Shown: piece by piece, positions 21,727 to 30,040 of the stretch | Numbering within the stretch: position 1 is the stretch's first letter | Layout of the letters: every line of letters starts with the position of its first letter | Assembly (NCBI GenBank): GCA_963703225.1 | Contig: OY969801.1 | Span: 2,144,001-2,208,000, forward strand | Reading direction: 5' to 3' | DNA: 64,000 nt | Source: Candidatus Eiseniibacteriota bacterium | GTDB taxonomy: Bacteria; Eisenbacteria; RBG-16-71-46; SZUA-252 | Position numbers and translations under genes: made by a program | Notes under the pieces: model-generated | Database searches by the model: none | Told to the model about the DNA's origin: nothing | Seen by the model: the letters and a program-made list of their open reading frames with translations, nothing else

Positions 21727-21850
21727 ATCCTTCTCCCATCCAGACTGTAACTGTCGGCTCCGGAATCTCACCGGGATCTGCCCTGGAGAATTATCTCCAA
21801 GGCTCGCGGGCTTTACCGCCGGTGGGGACTTTCACCCCGCCCCGAAGGAT
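21727..21850 (-). ncRNA. FMN riboswitch (RFN element)
   Basis: Minus strand ATCCTTCGGGGCGGGGTGAAAGTCCCCACCGGCGGT..AGCCCGCGAGC..GCAGATCCCGGTGAGATTCCGGAGCCGACAGTTACAGTCTGGATGGGAGAAGGAT; P1 is ATCCTTC/GAAGGAT; upstream of the rib operon. Confidence 0.97.
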
Positions 21851-21867
21851 GTCTGCGACTGGGAGAG

Positions 21868-21897
21868 AGGATACCCCTGCGGAGAGCCCTAGCGCAA
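21868..21897 (-). promoter_or_regulatory. Putative sigma70 promoter of the rib leader
   Basis: TTGCGC-N18-TATCCT just upstream of the riboswitch. Confidence 0.5.
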
Positions 21898-24713
21898 GAG
21901 GATGACCTTACGAGCTTCCGCCGGGGAACCGTTCGCAAGGAGGCTCAAGAAGTAGGTTCCGCTGCCCACGGGGTGCCCCCGGTCGTCCTCGCCGTTCCAG
22001 ACGAGGCGGTACTCCCCCGCGGGGAAGAATCGGTCGGCCAGGGTCCGGACGAGGATCCCGCTCACCCCGTAGATCCGAAGCTGTGACTCGAGAGCCCCGA
22101 TCCAGCGCGAAGCGGATGGTCGTGTGCGGATTGAACGGATTTGGCGCGGCCGGGTAGAGGCGCGCCGAGCCCTCCCCCGAAACCAAGGGCGAGACCGGGA
22201 CCCCCGTGGCCGGGTAGCAGCTCAAGTTCTCGAACTCCTCCACGAGCGTGCGGTAGAGGAACAGGTTTCGCCGGGTCGCGCTCGTCATGTAGTCGAGCGA
22301 GAAGCCGAGGAGCATGGCCCTGAGGCTGTCACCGCCCGCCGCGCCCAGAGCGCCGCGCCGCTCGGTGGCCGCGGGGAGGGTGTTCGGATACCGGAGCCAA
22401 GCGCGGCCGTTGGTGCCCGCGCACGAAGAGACAAAGAGCCCGTCGAACCGGTTGATACCCGGGCAGTCCCCATTCACCGGAAAGATCTCGGACACGACCC
22501 GGGTCCCTGGCTCGCCCGCGAGGTTCGGGGTGAGCGAGTCCTGTGGCGCGGATTCCCAGACGTCATTGAGGAAGGTCGCCCCGATCGTGCACGAGAGAAA
22601 GTTGGGGATGCCCTGGTCGTTGACGGTCAGATCGTAGGCGAGATTGTCGCCCGCCAGGATCAGCCCGCGATTCTTCCCAGTCAGCCCGAGCCAGCTCGTC
22701 AGGAGCGACTGGTCCTGCGGCGCTCAGCGTCAGCGCCGCCCGATCGCCCGTGTCCCAGAGGATCGCCTTGTAGACCCCCAGCGTGGCGAGCGGTACGGCG
22801 GGCCAGGCGTGCGCCGGATCGGCCGGATTGCCGCCCCCCGGCGTGTTCCCGCCCCCCGACGTCGCGTCGTTGACGTCAAACCGATCGAACCGCGCGCCGA
22901 GCGCCGTCAGGCTCTGGGCGATTCCGGTCTGCGCGTCGGGCCCTGCGGTCGCGTTCACGTAGAGGATTCGCGCGGTGTCGTCCGGGCAGAGGCCCGAGCC
23001 GGTCTGGATCGCCGGGAGAACCGTCGCGCGGTAGTAGTGACTCGCCGCTACCGCGTCGACCGGAAGGGTCACCGTCGCGTTGAGCGAGTCGGTCGCGCTG
23101 AAGTAGTAGCGCAGCTCGGTTCCGCGCGCGTAGCTCCCCGCGGCCACGTCCCCGAAGTACACGCTCGGCGCAGCTGGGCCCGCCTTGGTGAGGGCGACGG
23201 TGTTGAACGCCGCCCCGTTCAGGCTGTAGAGCAGCGAGGCGCTCTTCAGGCCCCGGGCGGCTCCCACGCTCACCGCGACGCTGTCTCCATGCGGGGTGTT
23301 GAAATTGTCGTTTCCAAAGAACGGGGTGGTGCGGAAGGTGTCGTTGTAGAGATTTCCCTCCGTCACGGTGATCGCCGGTCCCGCCGATCCGATCACGCCC
23401 ACCTTGAGATTGTCGAGGAAGATGGTCGTGCCGATGGTCGTCTGGCTCCCCGAGCAGAGGATCGGCCCGTAATCCTTGACGGTGATCCGAAATTGGACGG
23501 AGTCGACGCCGGCGGCCCCAGCCAGCGCGATGGTCTGGCGGAGCCACTCTTGCTCCACGCCGTAGTAGAGAAGGCCCGTCGGATCGATCCAGCCCGACCA
23601 GGAGGGCGCGCCGACGTTCCGGGTGCGGAACGAGACCGCGTAGTAGAAGCAGGAGAAGAAGGAAAGCTCGCGGTAGACGTCGAAGAAGAGGAAGACCTGA
23701 TCGGCTCGATTGGTCGCGACCGGCGGGCTGATCAGCTTGTTGTCGAGCCGAGGAACCAAGGCCTCGGTCACGTTGTTCGCCACCTGCCACACCTTGGTCG
23801 TGTTGGTCGTGCAGACCTGCTGCGTCACGGGATTGGCGACGATCTTCCAGTAGTCCCCGACGGCCGGGAACGTCGAGCGCGTCCAGGTCCCGAGTCCCGC
23901 CTCCATGTCATCGAAGAAACGAACGTCGAAAACGCCGCCCTTCACGGTCACATCGTCGATCGACCAGCCTTCACCCGCGGGATAGAGCCCGTCCTCCGAC
24001 GATCCGCTGTTGTCGCTGGAGAACCGAAACCGGAAGTGGACCGGATTTGACTCCGCGACGACCGAATCGGGGATCGTGATGGTGGCGGTGTTGCAGAGGG
24101 TCCCGCCCCCGTCGTTCACCACGCCGGTGTACGACGCCAGCGGGATCCACCCTTCGCTCAGGCTCAACACCTCCACAAATCCCCGGTCGGATCCGTTCTG
24201 GACGTTCATCCGGTGTTTGAACGAGAGCGTGTAGGGCGAAGCCGCTCCCGCCAGGTCCGCAAAGTTCTCCAGCGACTGCTCCCAGTTGTTGGCGTAGCCC
24301 CTTCGATTGGGGTCGCCGGTCCACGAGGAATCGACGATGCCGCACCAGAAGGCATGGCTCCCGCAGGCGTAGAGGTTTGAAATGTTCCAACCGGTCGGCT
24401 GGGCCGAGTCGTCGACATGGGTCCAGCCACCCTCGTTCGAGGGGCTCGACAGGGCTTCGAGGTCGTTGTTGAAGACGATGATCGTGTCGGCGGTCGACAG
24501 CGAGGGGGCGTGCCGCCCCGAGAGTGCCGGGAGCGACGCCGTCGGCACGACGTTGCCCGGTCCCCGGCCCGGCAAGGCGGTGCCCTCCAGCCGGCCGTTT
24601 GACGCGGGGGGCTCCCAATGCGTCGCGGCGGAGGCCATCGGCGCGGCCGGGGTAGCGAGGGGCAGGAGCAAGGTGAGGGCCGCGGCCCAGAGGCCGGCCG
24701 GGTGTCGCGTCAC
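21889..24713 (-). CDS. Large secreted beta-rich protein with a C-terminal FlgD-Ig/T9SS-like sorting domain (several frameshifts, about 22080 and 22500-22730)
   Basis: Signal peptide, repeated jelly-roll-like modules (F.F.SD...GW.IDDV), PNPFNP.T.IRF.L, and W.G.D..G..V.SG.Y. Ends RKVILLR-TAG at 21889 in an alternative frame. Confidence 0.75.
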
Positions 24714-24718
24714 GAATA

Positions 24719-25807
24719 CTATTTTACCAGAGGTACTTGTGCAGGTTCCCCTGAAACTATCGGCATCGCCCCCATCGAGCGCGCGAGGCCTCGCAGGGCG
24801 CGCAAGCTCTCCCAGCCGGTCGCGAATGATTGGGGCTCGAACCGACCCCCATCCCTCGTGGGGAGCCCCAGTTCGGTGGCCACGGCGGCCGCCTTCCAGA
24901 GGTAGTGGCGCCTACCGACGTCAGGGAAATCGCCCGCGGCGGGGATCGAGGGCGTGACGGGAGAAGAGCTCGCGCCCGCTCCGCCTGCGGCCGCCGAGCG
25001 CGCGCTGTCCGCGCTCGCGAAGACCACGGAGTGCGAGTGAACTTGGGCGATCAGGAGCGCCAGCGCGCCCCGGGTAACCGGATCGTCGAGGTGGAGACTC
25101 CCATCCGCGAGGGGGGATGTCCAGCCACGGGCCACCGAGACGCGGAGCCAACGGGAGCCCCACGCCGAATCGATCGCGGGCCAGTCGGTCCGATAGGCCT
25201 GGTCGGCGCGCCAGATCGCCCGATCAGGGTCGAGCCCCAGCTCCACCGCGAGCATGACCCCCAGCTCTCCGCGCGAGACCGTCGATCGCTCCGGAATCGA
25301 CGCGTACTCGGGCGGAATCCCCGCCGCACGATACCGGTCCTCGAGAAGGGGGCGGATAGCGTCCAGCGCCCCCGCATGAGTGGGATCAAGCGTCAGCGCC
25401 CTCGAGAGCGCCTGGAACGCCTGATCCTTGGAGCCAGCCTTGAGGTAAGCCATCCCGAGCCAGTAGTGCGGCTCCGGGCTCTTGGGATCGAGCTCGGACG
25501 CCCGCTCGAACTCGGTCTTGGCGTCCTTGTACCGATAGACCGCCGTGTAATACCGTCCGTATCCGGTGCGCACGCTCGCGCTCTGGGGCGCGAGCTCCGC
25601 CGCGCGGGCGAGGGCGCGTCGCGCCAGCTCGGGCTCCCCGGCTGCGATCGCCGAGTCGGCGAGAGAGACGAGCGCGTCGGGGCCAGCCGTCGGATCGATC
25701 GAGGCCTTCGCCGACCCCGAGCCGCCGCCCGACCCCGCACATCCACCCCCCGCGAGCGCCAGGGCCAACGCGAGCGCCGCGATTCCGGGTACGCGCCGAA
25801 TTCCTAT
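24719..25807 (-). CDS. TPR + SLH-like domain lipoprotein
   Basis: RRVPGIAALALALALAGGGC lipoprotein-like signal, about 3 TPRs, SLH-like VSRGEL / VTRGALA / FPDV motifs. Start codon uncertain (ATA at 25807). Confidence 0.7.
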   Translation of the reverse strand: MGIRRVPGIAALALALALAGGGCAGSGGGSGSAKASIDPTAGPDALVSLADSAIAAGEPELARRALARAAELAPQSASVRTGYGRYYTAVYRYKDAKTEFERASELDPKSPEPHYWLGMAYLKAGSKDQAFQALSRALTLDPTHAGALDAIRPLLEDRYRAAGIPPEYASIPERSTVSRGELGVMLAVELGLDPDRAIWRADQAYRTDWPAIDSAWGSRWLRVSVARGWTSPLADGSLHLDDPVTRGALALLIAQVHSHSVVFASADSARSAAAGGAGASSSPVTPSIPAAGDFPDVGRRHYLWKAAAVATELGLPTRDGGRFEPQSFATGWESLRALRGLARSMGAMPIVSGEPAQVPLVK

Positions 25808-26490
25808 CGGAGCAGCCTCCTCTCCTTGAAGCTCGCGTACGAGTCGCGCGCCACCACCACGTGGTCCAAAAGCTCGATCCCCAAGAGGCGGCCGGCCTCC
25901 TGGATCCTTCGCGTGATGGCCAGGTCCTCCTCGCTCGGCGTCGGATCGCCGGAGGGGTGATTGTGGGCCAGGATCAGGCTCGCGGCCGACACGGCGATGG
26001 CGGGCACGAACACCTCCCGCGGGTGGACGATGCTGGCGTTCAGGCTTCCGATCGAGATGATCTCGCGGCGAAGCACCATGCTTCTCGAATTCAGATAGAA
26101 CCCCACGAAGTGCTCCCGGTTTGAGCCCCGGATGTCCTGCGTCCATTCGTAGACATTCTCCGGCCCCCGGATGAGCGGGACGGGATCCCCCTCCGGCCAG
26201 AGCCTGCGGCCGATCTCGGCGGCGGCCAGGAGCTGCGCCGCCCGCGCCGGGCCCATCCCCTTGATCGCAAGCAGCTCGTCCACGGCGACGTGGCGAAGGC
26301 GACGGAGATTTACCGAGCGAGCGACGCGCGAGGCGGTCTCGAGCACGCCCTCTCCTCCGGTGCCGCTTCCAAAGAGCACGGCGATGAGATCGGCGTCGCC
26401 GAGGGCGCCTGGTCCGAGCTCCAACAAGCGCTCGCGCGGCCGCTCCGCTTCTTCGATGTCGCGAATCGTAATGCCATGTTCCCGCTGCAT
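25804..26490 (-). CDS. radC: RadC / JAB-domain protein
   Basis: ERPRERL...G..AL.D.DL, GMGPA.A, REHF, VHPREVF, AHNHPSGDPTPS.ED, LLDHVVV. Confidence 0.93.
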   Translation of the reverse strand: MQREHGITIRDIEEAERPRERLLELGPGALGDADLIAVLFGSGTGGEGVLETASRVARSVNLRRLRHVAVDELLAIKGMGPARAAQLLAAAEIGRRLWPEGDPVPLIRGPENVYEWTQDIRGSNREHFVGFYLNSRSMVLRREIISIGSLNASIVHPREVFVPAIAVSAASLILAHNHPSGDPTPSEEDLAITRRIQEAGRLLGIELLDHVVVARDSYASFKERRLLR

Positions 26491-26595
26491 GCCCGAGATC
26501 CTCCCGGGAGCGGGACCGCTGGGAGGCGAAGCGCGAGGAGCCCCGATGCTACGCGCGGGGTCGCCATGCCGCAAGCGCGATCCGACACGGCGGGC

Positions 26596-29577
26596 TCAAC
26601 CGAGCTGGGCGCGGAGATCCTTGCGGTGAATTCGAATCGGAGCCTTGGAGCGAAGCCGCAGCGTCCAGGCCTCCACCCGCTGGTCGATCAGCTCGCGGAT
26701 GAGGGAATCCCGATGCTTGGCGAAATCACCGGGCGGGAGCACGATGACCGTGTCGACCACCGCGTAGAGTATCCCGGTGTTCCCCTTGAGCGGGGGGAGG
26801 CGCCCCCCCGGCTCCGTCGAAAAGACGCGGCTGATGTAGGTCGAGTCGCGCGCGAGCGATGGGTCGCGCGCGAAATCGGGGATCGGCCCTTGACGGCCGA
26901 ATTGCTTGCTGAACTTGAGCCCCCCGACCGGGACGAAGAGCGTCTCCGGATCCGCGCCGCCTTCGAACGCCGGGCGGAGGATCTGGTCGAGCGAGTCGGC
27001 CGCGGCTCGGCGGCGCTGGAGCTGGTAGTCCGCGACGACGCGGTCTCTCACCTGGTCGAAGGTCGCCGGCTCGGGCGGCACCTCTCGGACACGCTTCACG
27101 ACGAGATAACCGTCCTGCAGCGTGACCGGAGCTGGAGCCACGGCGCCGTCGGAAAGGGGAGCGACCACCTTCTCGAACCACGCAGCAGCGCCGAGAGCCC
27201 CCAGCTGCTCGCTCGAGGCAACCGGCAGGCTGCGCGTCCACCCGACTTTCTGGGAATCGCTCGACGCCCCCTGACGGGAGGCCGTCGCGAGAAACTCCGC
27301 GGCGGAGCGTCGGGCGAGGGAATCGGCGAGATCCCGGCCCAAGACGCCATGGATCTCCTCGGTGCAGTCGGAGAGCGGGCGGAGGTGGTCCGGCTTTCTG
27401 GACTCCACCTCGAGGAAGTGAAAGCCGAAGCGGGTCTCGAACACCTCGCTCACCTGGCCCACCGGAATCGTGAACGCCACGTCGCCAAACTCCTTCACCA
27501 CGGCTCCACGGGTCATCTCCCCCAGGTCACCGCCCTTGGAGGCCGATCCGGTGTCGTCGGAGACTTCCTTGGCGACCGCGGCGAAGTCTTCCCCATTCAC
27601 GATTCGCTTCCGCGCCGCGATCGCCTTTTGGCGCGCGGCTTCCCGGGCGGCCAAACCGTCCGCGGCGCGGAACGCGATCAGGACGTGGCGGACCCGGGCC
27701 TTCCCGGGTTCGGTGAACTCGATCGGGTGCTCGCGCCAGTACACGGCGATCGAGTCCTGGGCCACCTCGATATCCTCCGGCTTCGCCCTCCGGAACAGGG
27801 CGTAATCGATCACCCAGCGCGTCGGTGTTCGATAGTTGCCCCGGTGTTCCCTGAAATAGGCTTCCGCTTCGCGCGCGATGGCCTCTCGGCGCTGCTCGAT
27901 CACGGCGGCGTGCGCGGCCGGCCGAGCGGCCGCGTAGGGAGGAAGGAAATTCGGGTCAACCCGCTCGACCCGGACCGCGAATACCGAGTCGGCTCTCTGC
28001 CGTGGGCCGACGACGTCCTTCGGCCGCATCGCGTAGAGCGAATCCTGAAGCGCCCCCTCCACGAGAAGAGGTGACGTGGGAGGCTCGCCGCGGTACCGCG
28101 AGTAGGTGCCTACGCTCGCCGCGTAGCGGGAAGCGACTTTGGCGGGGTCCTCTCCCTTCTTGAGGCGCGACACCACATCACGAAAGGTGCGCGCGGCGTC
28201 TTCCTGTTTCCGCTCCCAGCGAATGAGGTTAGGGATTCCGGTCCGCACGGAATCGGTCCAGGCGCGCGACGTATCGGCGACATGGGAATCCCGACGGATC
28301 CGCGACAGGCGTTTCTCGATCTCCTTCGCGGTGGGCGGACGCCCGGCGTCGAACGAGTCGAAGCTCCGGGATACCCAGGACACGGTCACGCGCGGAACGA
28401 AGTAGGATTCGGGGTGGGCCCGGACCTCGGCCCTCGCGAGCGAGTCGAGCGCCTCCTCTCGCACCGCCGAGTCAGCCTTCTTCTTCGCCTGCGTCACGAC
28501 CTCGCGAAACGGCAGGCGCCGGGCATCCCGGCGCTCCGCGAGACGGACGACGACGTAGTAGGGACCGACGCGGACCGGCTCCCGCATCCATTCGCCCGGC
28601 TCGGCGGCGCGGATGGCCGCGACCAGCGCGTCCGAGCGGCCCAGCCCGCGGACCGGATCCCCCACCCGGAACCAACCGGGGTCGTGGATCCCTCCGTGAG
28701 GCTTGGCCGCGGCTTCGGCCGGCGCGCCCGCCCTCAGCTCCGTCAGAAGGCTGGTGGCGGTCTTGAGCGCGGCCCGCGAGGCCTCCTCCTTGGACGAATC
28801 GGCAGTGGCGCCTTCGGGGTTCGCCGCGATTCGGATGCACTCGATCCGCGCCTCCTCGTCGCCCATGAACTCATCGGGGTGGGCGTCGTAGTAGGCCCGC
28901 ACCTGGGCGGCGGTTGCCTCCGGCTCGAGGGTTACCGCGTCGGGGCCCACCACCGCGTAGCGAATCGAGGCCTGCGACGTCCGCTCCTCGAACGTCTTCT
29001 TGAGCTCGGACTCCCTCGGCCCGAATCGACGCTCCATCCATCGAGTGTATTCCTCGAGCAAGAGGGTCTGCTCTACCTGGGCCCTGAGCTCTGGGTAGTT
29101 CGATGTGGGCGATCTCTTGAAGGCCTGGAACTTGGCTTCATCCACCTGACCGGCGGTCTTGAAGAATTCGCTCTGCTTCATGCGGGAATCGATCTCGACG
29201 TCGGTCACCTTCATCCCGCGCCGCCTGGCGTCGGCGAGCCACAGCCGCTCCCGGATCAGCTCGTCCAGCACATTGTGCTGCAGGAGCCGCTTCTCATCTT
29301 CGTTCAGGGGGCGCCCAGCGCGCACCTGCACCTCTTCGAAATAGGGCTTCGCGAGCCGGTCCCATTCCGCCTGGGTGATGGGGATGCCATCGACGATCCC
29401 GATCTCATCGGGCGGTACGGCTGCGGGCGCGGCGCGGGTGAGGGCGCCTTTGGCCGGGGGCTGAGGCGAAGCGGGGGACGGTGGCGCCGCGGCGCCAATG
29501 ATGGCCGGCGCGGCCGCGCCAAGAAGCACGGCGACCATGACCGCGCAGGCAGTGGGCGAAAGGGAGGGTCGGCTCAC
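26596..29577 (-). CDS. Periplasmic chaperone/PPIase (SurA-N + PpiC rotamase, PpiD-like)
   Basis: Signal/TM segment, VDG.PIT, LDELI.E.L, RVRHVLI, F...AKE.SDD.GS..KGGDLG, VSEVFETRFGFH. Confidence 0.85.
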   Translation of the reverse strand: MSRPSLSPTACAVMVAVLLGAAAPAIIGAAAPPSPASPQPPAKGALTRAAPAAVPPDEIGIVDGIPITQAEWDRLAKPYFEEVQVRAGRPLNEDEKRLLQHNVLDELIRERLWLADARRRGMKVTDVEIDSRMKQSEFFKTAGQVDEAKFQAFKRSPTSNYPELRAQVEQTLLLEEYTRWMERRFGPRESELKKTFEERTSQASIRYAVVGPDAVTLEPEATAAQVRAYYDAHPDEFMGDEEARIECIRIAANPEGATADSSKEEASRAALKTATSLLTELRAGAPAEAAAKPHGGIHDPGWFRVGDPVRGLGRSDALVAAIRAAEPGEWMREPVRVGPYYVVVRLAERRDARRLPFREVVTQAKKKADSAVREEALDSLARAEVRAHPESYFVPRVTVSWVSRSFDSFDAGRPPTAKEIEKRLSRIRRDSHVADTSRAWTDSVRTGIPNLIRWERKQEDAARTFRDVVSRLKKGEDPAKVASRYAASVGTYSRYRGEPPTSPLLVEGALQDSLYAMRPKDVVGPRQRADSVFAVRVERVDPNFLPPYAAARPAAHAAVIEQRREAIAREAEAYFREHRGNYRTPTRWVIDYALFRRAKPEDIEVAQDSIAVYWREHPIEFTEPGKARVRHVLIAFRAADGLAAREAARQKAIAARKRIVNGEDFAAVAKEVSDDTGSASKGGDLGEMTRGAVVKEFGDVAFTIPVGQVSEVFETRFGFHFLEVESRKPDHLRPLSDCTEEIHGVLGRDLADSLARRSAAEFLATASRQGASSDSQKVGWTRSLPVASSEQLGALGAAAWFEKVVAPLSDGAVAPAPVTLQDGYLVVKRVREVPPEPATFDQVRDRVVADYQLQRRRAAADSLDQILRPAFEGGADPETLFVPVGGLKFSKQFGRQGPIPDFARDPSLARDSTYISRVFSTEPGGRLPPLKGNTGILYAVVDTVIVLPPGDFAKHRDSLIRELIDQRVEAWTLRLRSKAPIRIHRKDLRAQLG

Positions 29578-29616
29578 CGGCTGAAGAGTCTAGGTATGGG
29601 GCGGGTCCGCGCGAAT

Positions 29617-29822
29617 GAAAAATTAGGCCCTTGGCGGACGATTCTCGCGAAGTGTGGGGGGCAGAAGCATCGCGAGGCTGTCGTCAATTGCCAAGGGCCT
29701 TCAACCGATTCGACACGCGCCTAAGCGTGGCCCCGTGCGCAGACGTAAAGTCGAGGGGTGTCAGGCTCACACAAGTGGGCCACGCTGGGCCCGGGCCGGT
29801 CGGCCCAGGATCCAATCGATTG
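29617..29822 (-). ncRNA. Candidate sigma54-dependent structured small RNA (about 200 nt)
   Basis: Three hairpins (perfect 11-bp, 10-bp and 7-bp inverted repeats) plus a 9-bp closing stem. The last hairpin is followed by AATTTTTC. It sits directly downstream of a -24/-12 promoter. Confidence 0.55.
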
Positions 29823-29830
29823 ATGCTTAG

Positions 29831-29847
29831 AGCAGCCGCCATGCCAA
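29831..29847 (-). promoter_or_regulatory. sigma54 (-24/-12) promoter
   Basis: TTGGCATGGCGGCTGCT with exact GG-N10-GC spacing. Confidence 0.7.
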
Positions 29848-30040
29848 AAGCACTCCCCTCTTGATTGATTCAGCCGTCCGAAACAACGCCCATCAGTGGA
29901 ACACCTTACAGAACCGCTTTGCCTGGGGCGGGCGTCGCATGCCTCAGGCTATGTCGATAGAACGTATACAGCTTGAGGCAATACGACACGCACATATTGG
30001 CTAAAATATTGTTAACAAATTATTTATACAATATGCGCCA

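Noticed and set aside
20477..21739. ORF-track N-terminal extension of ribD through the riboswitch (similar extensions for nuoD, nuoF, add, ribH, DUF2723 and GT genes)
   Set aside because: The extensions overlap upstream genes or the RNA element. Downstream starts with an RBS or NTGA coupling fit homologue N-termini better.
25804..26490. radC as a marker of a mobile element
   Set aside because: It is the full-length chromosomal form with the N-terminal HhH region; no integrase, transposase or att sites are nearby.
29617..29822. 6S RNA, SRP RNA, tmRNA, RNase P or tRNA identity for the structured intergenic region
   Set aside because: No single rod with a central bubble, no SRP helix-8 motif, no tRNA-like ends or tag ORF, and no RNase P consensus could be seen by eye. 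An Rfam scan is still needed.
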